The notes under the pieces are model-generated. The model saw only the letters and a program-made list of their open reading frames with translations, was not told the origin of the DNA and ran no database searches. A stretch of 64,000 bases of DNA. Origin: Ostrea edulis (Eukaryota). Positions 1 through 12,802 of this stretch are shown one piece after another. Every line of letters begins with the position of its first letter. The stretch's first letter is position 1. The position numbers were made by a program, and so were the translations under genes. The stretch lies in contig NC_079168.1 of NCBI RefSeq assembly GCF_947568905.1, forward strand, positions 14,322,001 through 14,386,000, in the 5' to 3' direction.

Positions 1-411
1 GGGGACTAACAGTCCACCAGCAGAGGCATATAATTTGTAAATCAAATCAAATTGTGTGAAAAATTATAAATTCCTGATTATTTAGTAAAGTATGCAATTA
101 TTGGCATTTGATTTTAGTCCTCTCACAGCTATATAGATCTAGTTAGGTCCATAAACCCATACAGTAGACTTAATCAAAAGTCAACAATTGTATTTTCTTT
201 ATAAGTTATTACTATTGTTAAATTGTGAACAGACAGATAAGCCCCTCCCCCTACCCATCCCCTAATGTTCAAGGCATATTCAAATAACTTCAAACGAAAA
301 ATATATATACATTTCCATTTCCAGAGTGAAAATATTAGTAATGAAACTCTTCAACACAGAGATCCGATAACTGCAGTGTACAGTATTCCCTTTATTTATT
401 GACAGTCTTAC

Positions 412-3400
412 CACTGCCACACGGCCTCCTGGATTCTGCGATACATGTAACACTCCACATAAAGCCAGGGCGTTTTGAACCACTTTGGCTCCTCACCCTC
501 TTTCTCAGTCACAGCCATTATGGAGGCATTCCACACCCCTGTGTCAAGGGCATTATCATTCAAGGAGATGATTGCTTTGTTGGTCTGGACTTCATTCCTC
601 AGTTTGGAGATACAGCCAGCAATGAATTTCAGCTCCTCAGTAGCATCCTAACATGAAGAAAGAAATAATCAGAGATTGTCTGTACAAAATCAGACACAGC
701 CTAAAATACAGTTGACAAGCTTGTCAACCAATGATTTGCAAGAGAAGTATTACGTATTTCAACAATTGTGATGATCTTCCTCCCCCTCCCTCCCCCATCA
801 CGAATCATTGGCTATAATACACAACAGAATTCCCAATATAGACTTATCACATTTCCGTCCAGACAAGAGTAGTCTGCCCTTTATTCCAGAACCATATTCT
901 GATATTTTTATTATAGATTCTGAAATTTTAATGAGCCACAAAAGCCCACACTGTAAATTCCCAGGGACTATTTTTTCTCAATTGCTAGGTCACATCTGCT
1001 TATTGGTACAGACAATAATGATTGTGAGGTCACATCTGTTTACAAATTATAATAATGGATGTAAACATTTCATCTACGGAAAATGTTAACGATGTGCACT
1101 TCTAGAATTAGTAGTGCATACAACTTGAAAAATATCTCATAAAAAGGTTATTGATTGAATATTAGGTGAATATTGAAGTAAAAGAAAACATATATCTGGG
1201 GCAAATATGAAATTATTATCTACATCTGAATGTATTAATATTTCTTTTTATATACTGATATACGGGTAGTCTATGTTCTCCGTTCACACCACCTAATAAC
1301 AGTTTGTGGTTGTGCAGGTACTCCCAGACTCGGTAAGCATGGCTAGTTACAATGCAAGAAGGTATACTTAAAATGATACAAATTAAGCAGGTTATGCCTT
1401 GTACATGCAGCACATAATAATCTTTATTATGCATAGGATGTACAAAACTTATTCTCTTCTATTCCACCAAAAGTGCTTACTCTAAATACAATGTAAACCA
1501 AAGCATCAGTAACATTTTTATTGTTGTCAAATGACCCACATCATTATAATGGTTGATGCCATTCCAATCTAGTGCACATAACACACACCAAAATTGTTAA
1601 AAAATTTCCTTATCAAATGAATGGCTTATGTAGTCTAGACATGTGCGAACAGCCTATGTAGACATGTGCCTCAGAATCCACAGGATCATTCGGAGTGTCT
1701 GTCAGTCAATAAAATGTAACCTATGTGTTGCAATTATATAAATATTGCATGTAGATGAGGGTAACATTGAAACTTTTCACCCCGAGAAAACCATTGTCAA
1801 CCGAGGTGTAGCCAAAGTTGACAATGGTTTCTCGAGGGGTGAAAATGTCAATGTTACCCTCAACTACATGCAATATTTGTTTTATTATACTGAATGTTAT
1901 GTAAACAGGAAAGCAGAAAAACTTACGTCTGTTGACATTTGATCAATCACTGTCATGCAACATTTCGTATATCGATGCGGGTATTCCCGTTTATTACAAA
2001 TGCTCAAATGACGTCGTTTAACAATCTACGGCGAACCGTACGCGCATAAACTTGACGCATGTAATAATTTTTTATAATATCACCCGTTGTCAAGTACTTT
2101 TACCCGTTGCTAGATATTATCACCCTGGGGCACGTGCTTTCTGTTCTCAGAGGGTTACAATATATTTTTTCAAATGCTTCTCCACAAACCAAATTCGAGT
2201 ATTTTACATGAAAGTATAATAACATAAAAGATTATATACATGTACCACATATTTGTTTATTGAATTAATAAATCACATAGAACATTATCCATTATTGCGT
2301 TTTTAAAGTCTGTTGGTTCACATAAGGAAGACAGGACAGTATAGAAGTAAAGAGTCAGGTTCAAGCCATCAACATGCCGTCAATAAATTTCAGTATTTTT
2401 GAAAAGTTAGGTGACAAAAATACATGTTACATATCAAAAGCCTCTACCTCGCTGTAAAACCATTAAAATATGGCATGAGCAGACAAAAAAAAAAATGAGT
2501 GCTCTTTGCTTGAAAGTTATAAATCAGAAAATGCTAAATTTCTTCCCTACCTCACCATGACTGTCTTTAATGTCGGCTTTTTTTCTGTACACTGTGTCTG
2601 CTACTCTCGACAAAATTACAGGAAGTCGGTCTTTGATTGTCAAATATGCAAATGAACTACAAAAAAAAAATAAAAATAAATAAAAACCAAAAAATCATTC
2701 ACAAGAACATTATTTTCGCACCAAGGCAACCTAAAATAAACTTCTTACAAAATAACACTTGATTCACAGTATACATTAGCCCAAATATCTCAGGGTGTTT
2801 GTTGAATGTTCACTTCCCTACTGGTACTTCAGCACAACAGTCATTATTTTTGTATCATATACAACAATGATATTAAATATAACACCGATATTGAATCTCT
2901 TCTCCAACATTTTCCTCAGTGCACAAAGTGCAGTTCACAATGTCTGTGTTCCTGCTCATGCTCTCTCCTCCATACCATGCAGTACATTAAGGGGAGGGGA
3001 TGTAATTTGGATCACTATCCAGGGTTCGACCCTAACGCTAGTCTGGTAGCCCGAGGCTAGTAAATTTTGCCCTGGACTATCAGAATATCAGTAACGAGTA
3101 GTCAAGGGGACTTCTGAAAAATTAAAAACCTTGTGGAATGGACTAATGTCTAATCCTGAACACAACTGTGTCAATTCTGCTCATAGAAAAATATAGCACA
3201 TAACATTGCAAATTCAAGTGTACAATCTACACCTAAAACGGCATAGTTTGATAAATAGATCGGTAAAATCACAGGTTAAAATGAGTTTATAAGGTCATTT
3301 TGTGAAATGGAAGATTTTGCTCCTAGACTTTGAAAATTTTACGCGGTAGTCCATCGTCACTATTTGGGGGAATGTTCCATCCCGCACTGCCCCCATTCCC

Positions 3401-6400
3401 TTGTCGTTTGGGACTTGGCCAACTGCCTCAGGCAGCCAGACATGTAGCTACTGATCAAGCAGGACTAGTTAACAATACTATGGTGAAAAAGTTAGTGTCA
3501 AACACTGCTTTCAATTTGGGGAGTTGGGGAAACATTTGTGTTTTACAAAAACAAATTATATTTAAAAGTCAAATAATTATGAAATTATTTATAGGCTTTG
3601 TCAAGAAGTCTCCTCTGCAGGTAGGTTAAGGATTCCCTTATAGAATATGACAGTGCACTTTATGCCTTTACTTCTCTAAACTACCAATATATGACGTCAT
3701 AATGGAAAATGACGTCAAGTCACTGCAAACTTGAGCTGTTATGACGGGGAGAGTGTCGAAAACTTTAGACCTTATTTCAAACTGCCTATAAGATGTCAGA
3801 ACACTATAGCAAAATTCACGTGTCTGAATTGTATTTTAATATCTTATATGTCCGAATATTTTATAATAGTTTGTTTAATAACCCTGATTGAAATTCAGCA
3901 TGTTTACACTGCTTTCGAAAAATGTACTTTTGAAATGTACTCTGTTTTATACCAGTGATAAGAGGTAGAATTTTATGATGTGTTTATAAAAGAGTCTAGC
4001 GCAGGTAATTTATGAGGATTCATTTGAGATCTATTACGGAAATCGTAAGAGGAAATTGTTCTTTACCCGAATTTTGCTTGGTTAAATGTTTGATGGCTTT
4101 GTTTGAATACAGATTACCATCAAATGTGTAGGTAAGTGTGTCCGTAAGTTGAACTCTTCATGAAATACGTGTATTTTGTACGCAAGTAATACTACCATTT
4201 AACCCAAGCACATTTCGGATACACAAGGATACGGTGAGTTAATTTATCAAACAAAAAGTTAAAAATAATTGTTAAATGAGCTGCACTGAAGCGCTTTATG
4301 TGAAACACTTCAAACAATTATAAATGACTGTCACGTGATCAACGAAGTCATGTGATATCATAACAGATATGCTAATATATAGCCAAGAGAACCTTCTATA
4401 TAAATTGTCTGTACTTAAGTATATAAATTACAAGTGAAAACCAGAAACCGACCACGCAATCCAATGTATATTTTGAACGTATTTCAAACTCCGGGAAGCC
4501 TCAACATAGCTGCGTCATTCCTCAAACCACATATCACCAGACAATCAATGCACAGAACAGTCCCCGTGTGAGCTCCATACTCAATGCTACAGACTGCATT
4601 GTATAAACAAGCACAAGTTTTATGCTTAAACTGATAATATAAACTTATCAAACATGATTGGCAAATTTGAGTCTACATCATGAAATTTGCCTTTCTTATG
4701 TAATTGTTCTTGTCACATTTATGGTTGTTTGGAATAGTCTCAGTCTCCTCATGTAATATAATTATAATCATAGGACCTCCTCTTTGGCTTTGTGTTAGTC
4801 AGCAGATCTTAGTCCCAGGCCCAAGTTGCCACAATCTCTGTAGCAATGCAAATTGCATTTCAAACTATCCAGTTATTGTTAATAGGGTCATAATGGCAAC
4901 AGCCAAAATTCCAGGTAGCATTGTTGTGTGAAAAACTTTTTAAACTGAATCTGTATGACGTAGATCATTCAATAACAGAACATTTATCTAATTGTATCAT
5001 CATTCTTTATCTGTATGAATTAATACATATTTATTATCAATGGAATGAAAAACAACATGTAATCTTACTAGTCCTGAAGTATTGTTTAAGTGATACATGT
5101 ACACTGCTGTCACTAAGTTTATTACTGTCTCAAGACTGTACGTCTTTAAAATGTGGAGTGGTGGTATTGGTTGGCGTCCCGTGTAGGAAGAAACAAAATA
5201 CATCAACAGCCACATTAGTGTGAAAATGTATTAGTAAGAGTACTTAGTTTCCATATGACAGATGCATTCATTAAATTTAAAGTTGTAAAATAACTTGTCT
5301 CTTTATATGTAAATCCAGGCATATTTGTGTCAAAACTTTGGTAAAAGCATATACTGTCACCAGTTCTGGAATTTACATGTTTTCCACAATAAAATCCGGA
5401 AGGTTTGCAAAGAGAAGTGGATGTAGGTTTCTATTATGACTGTCCACTTCTCTAAAGAGAATAGAAGTACACGTAAGAGAGATATAGTTATCAGCTGGTA
5501 ATTGATACGTTAAATTACCCATATGGAAATCAAATAGACCCAAATGGAAGTCAAATGGGCCCAAATGGAAGTCAAATGGACCCAAATGGAAGTCAAATGG
5601 AAGTCAAATGGACCCAAATGGAAGTCAAATGGACCCAAATGGAAGTCAAATGGACCCAAATGGAAGTCAAATGGCCCCAAATGGAAGTCAAATGGACCCA
5701 AATGGAAGTCAAATGGACCCAAATGGAAGTCAAATGGACCCAAATGGAAATCTAAATATGTATTATAGAGATTAATTAATATTGAAATGGAAATGTAAAT
5801 ATGTTACAAAGATTACTAATAAGCTTACAAATGGAAATAAATAATTATGATTTGATGTATGAATTTAATTATTTGTATTTGAACGTTTCATAATATTAGA
5901 TACCGATTTGTGACAGTAACACCAATAATCACAAATGACAAGTCCTGTACAGGAAACCCCAAATTAATTTTATCCCAGACACCAAAGTGTTTTGCTCATA
6001 TTTTTTAAATATGTTGTACGTTGTGACCGTTGAGATGAGCGAATCCCATTAACCAGGTTGGGAACACTTCCCCTATAGCGAGATATTCTTGCTAAAACGC
6101 GGTTATCCCTCTTTAGCGAAAATAAACATTACCATAAACAGGTGTTTTGGCGTCTTTATTGAAAATAATGGCAAAGCCCGTGCAACACTTCAAGGAAGTG
6201 CGACATACACTCAACATGATGCGAATTGTTTCTATGAAATTGACACCATAGCAGTCTATGCGAAAGTTTTTTGGACCACACAGGACATTCGGTCCTGTGT
6301 AATCAATGAACACACCGGACCGAACCAAATTTTGTCAGACCGAAAAACCTAATGTAAAAAAGTGAAACATGTGAAAATGCAAAACCAAAGGAATCTTATT

Positions 6401-7292
6401 TATTATACTAGTAATACTATACCAGGGATCCCTCCCGTATAATACTTTAGACAGTCCATGCGGTTTTAATCACATTCATTTACGTATTTGATTTGTGTGC
6501 TATTTTTTTTTTACTTATAATAAACATTTAAATGACTCCGCATCAAAATAGTAAAGCTCAAAACCGGACACTGAGACATCGGACATTCCGGTCCGGTGTA
6601 AAAAATGATGCGTCGGACCTGAGGCACTGCACATCGGTCAGGTCCGACGTCTTTCGCATAGACTGCCATAGTCAAGAAATTGCATATCAAAGTTGCTGCG
6701 TAAGAAGGAAGCAGTGTGAAATCCAATACACATCGTGAGCGTTTTTGTTTTGATTAACATATTTGTAGAAGTATCAAACATTTGAACACCTCTCCTTTTC
6801 ACGTGAAACACGAAGAGATGTACTCCACGGGTGTTTTTCTCGGTTGTACGGGATATATTTACTCTCGCTAGAGAGGGATAATCACGTTATAACGAGAATA
6901 TCTCGCTATAGGGGAAGTGTTCCCAACCTGGTTAATGGGATTCGCTCGTCTCAACGGTCACAACGTACAACATAGTTAAAAAATATGAGCAAAACACTTT
7001 GGTTTCTGGGATAAAATTAATTTGGGGTTTCCTGTACAGGACTTGTCATTTGTGATTCAAGGTTCCTGTTGCATTCTACACAGATTGGTATGAAATTTGT
7101 CAGATATTTACGATGTTCATTTGCACAAAAATCAATCTATTTTTTTTTTTTTTTCGTTCTGCAGTTTAGCAATATAAATGTCTGGAACGAACCAGTGTAT
7201 TTTAACGTCAAAATAAACATCACGATATCTCACACAATGTAAAACAACCTTTTATCCTTTGCAGATAGTGGTTGTGGCAGGACCTCCTCCAT
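412..7292 (-). CDS. ARMT1: Damage-control phosphatase ARMT1 (DUF89 family); 5' part only, gene continues beyond the left edge
   Basis: Manual minus-strand translation gives three phase-compatible GT-AG exons. 7292-7249: MEEVLPQPLSAKDK. 2656-2551: SFAYLTIKDRLPVILSRVADTVYRKKADIKDSHGE. 647-412: DATEELKFIAGCISKLRNEVQTNK...KWFKTPWLYVECYMYRRIQEA. The motifs SFAYLTIKDR, SKLRNE-QT and PWLxVECYMYRRI match human ARMT1 as I recall it. Not in the ORF track in this frame. Confidence 0.93.
1740..1878. repeat. ~139-bp near-perfect inverted repeat (hairpin), probably part of a non-autonomous DNA element extending to ~2160
   Basis: Arm 1740-1801 (aaatattgcatgtagatgagggtaacattga...ccattgtcaac) is the near reverse complement of 1817-1878, with a 15-nt spacer. 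Confidence 0.85.
5524..5752. repeat. 21-bp minisatellite (caaatggaagt-caaatggacc), ~11 copies
   Basis: Directly visible. It explains the repetitive ORFs 5510-5768 (MEVKWTQ / GPFDFHL). Confidence 0.97.
5927..7057. mobile_element. ~1.13-kb foldback element with ~200-bp terminal inverted repeats, in ARMT1 intron 1
   Basis: 5927-~6130 (aatcacaaatgacaagtcctgtacaggaaaccccaaatt...gggaacacttcccctatagcgagatatt) is the reverse complement of ~6855-7057. Inner segments are also degenerately inverted (gcagtctatgcgaaag near 6250 versus ctttcgcatagactgc near 6650). No TSD was recognised. Confidence 0.8.
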
Positions 7293-7462
7293 GTTTATCA
7301 AAACAAATCAATGTAACTTAATGCTTTGTATTTTCATGTTGAAGGTGTATAATTTTAAACATTTTTAAGACTAAGAGCGAAACATTTTATCTTAATCAAC
7401 CGAACTCTTCATTGCATTTAGATTTTTACCTACATATAAAAGACAATATTTTACACTGAGCA

Positions 7463-9463
7463 ATGGAAAAGTTGCTTGTGTTACACGAGAACAAGCAGTA
7501 TCGTGATGAATGTGCCGACATACTGAATGAAGAATGGAGAAGAAGTAAATCTGCCAGGTAATAATAGAGAGGTTTAATGCTAAACGTAGAGACCAACATG
7601 TACGGTTACAGAAGAGAGTTATGATAAATTATATTTAAACATGTATATACATGTTTAACTGTCGATTGTTTTTAACAATATACACATGGAAATGGTACAT
7701 TTAGAGGAGAACATAATATGATAATAATATAATAGCATATGACAATATGTAGTCAAATATCAATATATTTCTTAGTTTTATTCTATTGCAAATACAACTG
7801 TATACTATTTGTTCTGACAAACATCTGCATCGACAGTGTGTCCATTGAGCAATTTATGAAATAGCCCTGGTTACCTGAACCAATTGGATACATTCAATAT
7901 ATATTTCTATTTAGAATGTTAGTTATGGTCTGGAGTTTGATATGATATACTTAATAGAAATTGATTTATTACAAAGAGAATTATATGTGCTTTTGCATAT
8001 TATTCATGTTTTACAGGTTGCACTCCTTGGACAAATCATGTGATGGTTTTCCTACATGTCTGATTTTACTTACAGACATTGATAGTGCAAATACTGTTGT
8101 TGCTCACAGCAGACTCTCAAAAGTTCATGGAAAAACCAATGCCTGTTTAGTGGAATCAGGTATGTATATATACATATATACAAAGTAAAGTATTACAGCT
8201 CTATATCATATTGGGTTTTGATACATCAAATATTTTCAAGTTTCCAAGAGCATTTGATATTAGCATTGAATATTTATGTCCCTCTCATTGTGCAAGCTTT
8301 ATGTTTTATTCCATAATAAAAATTAGAGTATTGTTAATGCCCTGTCAAAGAAAATATTGACTTAGCGATACACAGAGCTCTCTGTGTTATCGAATCGGTC
8401 AAAACCAGTACCTTATAGTAATCAGTAGGTGGAGGGAGCTATTGCTGTTGTCAATTTACATGCATGCATGCATATTTCAAAATATTAAAGAATTTTATGA
8501 AGAAACTGTAGATTTAAGCATTAAATAATTATTTTATGTCCCTGTAATTGAAGATTTGAGGGCATACCTTTTGGTCTGTCAATCTGTTTGTCTGCAAGAA
8601 CTTCGACCTTGTCCATATAACTTTTAAATGGATGGTGATGGGGGCTTTCATGTTTGACATATGTATTCCTTGTGACAATAGGGTACCAAAGTTTTTGATC
8701 TCTTGACCTTTTTAAAAAAACTTTAACCTTGGCCATTATCAACTTTGAGGAAATATGGGGGCATCAGCGTTTCACAAACACACCTTGTTTGATATTACAT
8801 GACTATTTTGCAAATTACATGTTGTACAAAGAAATTATCACGAAATGTGTTAGTATGCACATTCTATTTATTTACACACTGTTCCATGTTACGCTGTAGA
8901 TTCCACAGAATACATCTAGACTATCCAGTGCGCTAGTAGATTTTCACATTTGAAATCAATTCAAGATGTATAAAATCTAATTGGTGCAAAATGTGTGTTT
9001 CAAAAAAGGAGTCTAATTTCATTAATTTAAAAGAGATCACATGTTAATTCTATCATACAGAGGTTTAATGGTGGATGAACATTTCAAACAGCTACACAAT
9101 GAGTTCTGGTTTGATACGGCTTTATGTACATAGGTCTGATACTCGATATGCATTTTTGTATGGCAGTCTGATGTGGATCATATAATGCTAAAAACATAAG
9201 TGTATGATGATTGTCTATGATGAATGTATATGCATATTTTAGTTGTGGTTAGGAAAAATCTTCGTGGAAAAGGATATGGGAGGAAAATCATGCTTGAAAC
9301 AGAACAATATGCAAAGAGGTAATAAAATAATACAGAGAAATTGTGTCCAGTATTATTGTTCATCAATCCAAAGTTCAACATCTTGTTCAAACACAGTGGA
9401 ATAATACTATAAATGTGTAATTTCTTTTGTTTTATACCAAGACATAAATATAGAGCTATCATG

Positions 9464-9504
<41 letters not shown>

Positions 9505-12500
9505 AGATTTCAGTCATAGTATGTTTTGTCATGTTTGTAGGAAAGGAATGACTACATTGTTTCTGAGCACTCATGACAAACAAGATTTCTACAAACATTT
9601 GGGATACACATTCTGTGAGCCTATTGTCAGCTTTGGTGTCAACACAGATAATCTACCAGAAGGCTTTGTAAGTATTTTTACTATATATTAGTGTAAAACA
9701 AGGTATAATATGCACAGCAAATGTGACAGTATGAAGTACCTAGTATCAATATAACATTGATTTATATATAACATCATTTATACTTATACTGCAAATAAAT
9801 TAAAAGTAGATTTAAGTGCAAAAAGGTCTTTAAATCATCTGTGGCAATTTGACCAATTCTTATTTTCATAGATTTCCTTGAATTTCAATGATTAAGAATA
9901 TACTTGTAAATGAATTGACAATGCTAATCATTACCCTGACAAGTGGGTAGTTTTATAGGGAAGAGTAAATTGCACCAACTAACCCCAGCTTGATTCTTGA
10001 AAGGAATTACTTTTCCAAATATATAATCCAACTATAGGTGTTCCCAGTATGACACAAAATAAAAATTGCCATGTTTCCACAAACACTACAGACCCTTATT
10101 TATACTCCTTACCCTACAAACTGTTCAAAAATTGTTCTCGAGATTATTGAATTAACATGGTGTTGGAGTTGCCACATGTACTTATGTTGGAATAAAAGAA
10201 TGGTAATAGAATTGCACCAGATTTTGGTCAGAAATATTTAGAATGTTTCTCTGTGTAATCTAATAAAAAATTGAGAAAAATATATTTGACTTGATTTTCT
10301 CGCCTACCTACCTGAATTTTGTCTTAGATGATAGTGGAAAGTTTAAAAGTTTGCGAAAGGAATGAAACATATTATAAATAAGAGGCCTACAGGCCTTATC
10401 GGTCACATGAATACTAGTTTAAAGTATCAATAGTCCCAGTGGCTAAAAATCTAGAAAACATTTCCTGTTCTGAAAATATCTAAGTTAAATTCTAATATTC
10501 AGCAACACTTACAGTATAAAACAAGATGTGTTGGCAGTTTTTTGCCCCACTCCTAAGGCCTCAGGAGTCCTGAAATTTACAATTTATGTCCTTGTCCCAA
10601 AGATGCTTCATACAAAATTTGGAAGGAATTGGAATAGCAGTTATCAAGAAGTTAAAAATGTTCTATTTTTCACACATTTAATAACTGACCATTTTGGCCC
10701 CATCCTGATACCAAAACCCCTACCCCTACATTTACAATTTTGGTAAAGGATTACCTGCTCTTTTTAAATATCCATTTATTTCAATTTAGTATCAATATCA
10801 CTAATGTTATTTAAGCGTTTTACACGTATACACTATATACCAAATTTGGCCCCACCCTGGAGTCATAACCCCTACCCTGGGGATCATGAAATTTACAATT
10901 TTATTAGAGGCCTTCCTGCTTTACATCACTATGCATTTAGTTTTTCTTACACAAGTGTGGTTGTAAAGAAGAAGATATTTGAAAATTGGTCTATTTTTGG
11001 CAGTTTCTGCCCCGCCCCCAAGGCCCCAGAAGTTCTGAAATTTACAATTTATTTCCCCCTTGTCACAAAGATGCTTCATACCAAATTTGAAAGGAATTGG
11101 AATGGTAGTTATCAAGAAGAAGTTGAAAATGTTCAATTGCCGACACATGATGGACTCTTTGACCAGATGACTGTACATTTCATTGTTCAGTTCAAAATGA
11201 CTAACATACAGAAAGTAGATTTCATAAACCCTGAATCTAATTTGTAAGTCAACATACAAATACATTAAAACTCTGATATAGCGAATTTCTGGGGACCCTC
11301 TATAAAAATTCGCTATAAGCGTAATTCGCTATACGTTTATAGCGAATTCATAATTCAAATATAACAAATTCGTTATAAAACTGATTTGTTCTACATGTAT
11401 ACCAGTAATACATAAAAAAGCAGCAATCGATATACTTGCGTTTGTATTGTCTTTAAGTGAAATGAAGCTTATATATTTTTGAGAAGAAATATTTTTATAC
11501 AAGAAATATACACATTGATTTAAATATGATATATGTAATTTATCTTGATGGATTATTAAGTCATGCAAGAACATGTCGAGAGAGAAATGTCAACAAAATT
11601 TTGCGCAATACATGTACAGTCTATTGCAATTGTCATTTACTTGTTGCTTTACACAAATAAAGGAGTGTACGATAAAATAAATGCAATCAAACTTCAAATT
11701 TAATTAACAAGAATAGTAAACAATACCGACAATATATTTCCTAAACATAGGTGTAAGTATTGTTTTGCGTTAACAACCTTTTTTGAAAAAAATACAAACA
11801 AAAATTTTGTAATAAGTGTGGATCCTTTATGTCAATGGAAAACGATTGTTAAAAATCACAAAGAGTTTAAAATGAAAAAAATAAATTCGTTATAAAAGGT
11901 GATTTTTACGTTCATTTTTAATTCAAAGGGAATAGGAATTTACTTCGTTATATCCGTAACTTCGCTATATCCGTGTTCGTTATAGACGCAGATTTTTATA
12001 TAGAATATATAAAGAATTTGTCGGGGAAATCGTTTTCACTTCATTATAGCCGTAATTTCGTTATATCCGTGTTCGCTATATTCGAGTTTTACTGTAAATG
12101 TTTTGCTTTTGTTATGCAGAGGGGAATGTTACTTTTCTGACATTATTTCTATGCATTCATTTAACTCAACAGTATGTTGAATATCAGTATAATTGTATAA
12201 AGTTATCAGGGAGACACAAGCCATGGAGCTTTCTTAAAAAGAAATTGTGTGGAATAGTTATGAAAATAATAAACTGAGATGAAATTAAATTTTTATTTCA
12301 GTTGCAAAGATTTTTACCAGAAGTTTCAGATGAGAAAGATATAAGCAAAGATACAGAAAAGAAACCATCCATTCCGTCCCCAGAACCACCTGTAGTAGCT
12401 GTCCCCGCCCCACCACCTCCGCCACCGCCACCACCCCCATCCATAGGCGTCATCCCAAAAGGAAAACCAGAAATAGTTAAATGGGATCCTAGTGCAATAT

Positions 12501-12523
12501 CATGGATGAAAAAAGATCTATAA
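7463..12523 (+). CDS. NAA80: N-alpha-acetyltransferase 80 (actin N-terminal acetyltransferase, GNAT fold), ~220 aa, complete
   Basis: Five phase-compatible GT-AG exons: 7463-7557 (MEKLLVLHENKQYRDECADILNEEWRRSKSAR), 8017-8159 (LHSLDKSCDGFPTCLILL...VAHSRLSKV...LVES), 9243-9318 (VVVRKNLRGKGYGRKIM, acetyl-CoA motif RGKGYG), 9541-9667 (LSTHDKQDFYKHLGY), 12302-12523 (polyproline tract, ends SWMKKDL-stop). These match the NAA80/NAT6 motifs CADLIN-W-RS, RLHSL, THD-Q-FY-HLGY and the WMEKDI C-terminus. AATAAA near 12735. Confidence 0.93.
8528..8790 (+). mobile_element. Short HINE/Helentron-like repeat fragment
   Basis: Begins ttttatgtccc...ctgtc-type microsatellite and ends ggggcatcagcgtttcacaaacacaccttgtt. 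This resembles the abundant oyster Helentron-associated elements (recalled, not searched). Confidence 0.5.
9465..9501. repeat. (GA)n microsatellite in NAA80 intron 3
   Basis: Directly visible GA run ~40 nt upstream of the exon 4 acceptor. Confidence 0.95.
10377..11170 (-). mobile_element. HINE/Helentron-like element with internal satellite-like repeats
   Basis: Shares long blocks with 35440-36415 (gaggcc-acagg-cttatc-gtcac-tgaatactagt; cctgaaatttacaattt; aaagatgcttcatac). Confidence 0.75.
11263..12094. mobile_element. Tc1/mariner-pogo-type MITE, 832 bp, TA target duplication
   Basis: Termini ca(t/g)taaaactc...atatagcgaa are inverted and flanked by TA at 11261-11262 and 12095-12096. Subterminal ttcgctata/ttcgttata repeats are present. 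Confidence 0.8.
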
Positions 12524-12802
12524 TGTGAGACACATTTTGATGTTTTTGTATTTGTACCATATTTACTCTGCTCCGTAATTTGTATATTAACTTTTACGAT
12601 ATGTTTTCTGTCCAGGACATTTTATTTTACTGGATTATTTTTCAGCTGTTTTCCTTTTGTGCAATACATTTAATATGAACAATCCACAGCAACATAATTT
12701 GACCTCTGGAAATGAGATAATGTACTCCTAATAGAATAAAATTATTATAAATCAATTAAACTATTTTTATTAGTCATACATGTATATCATCATGACATTT
12801 AA

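Noticed and set aside
3020-3507. Possible hAT-like MITE (cagggttcgac...gtcaaacactg)
   Set aside because: The TIR match is short and imperfect, and there is no 8-bp TSD.
3692-3717. Paired perfect CRE sites (TGACGTCA x2)
   Set aside because: They lie in repeat-like intronic sequence far from a TSS, with no independent evidence of function.
4700-4930. Possible retroelement remnant (GNLGLGLRSAD on the minus strand)
   Set aside because: A single short motif among many stops is insufficient to call.
5373-5768. Repetitive ORFs (GPFDFHL, MEVKWTQ, KWKSNGP)
   Set aside because: They are open in several frames only because the 21-bp satellite lacks stops; no splice or homology support.
10528-11265. 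ORFs of 72-147 aa in NAA80 intron 4
   Set aside because: They lie within a HINE-like repeat that recurs at 35440-36415, with no protein motif.
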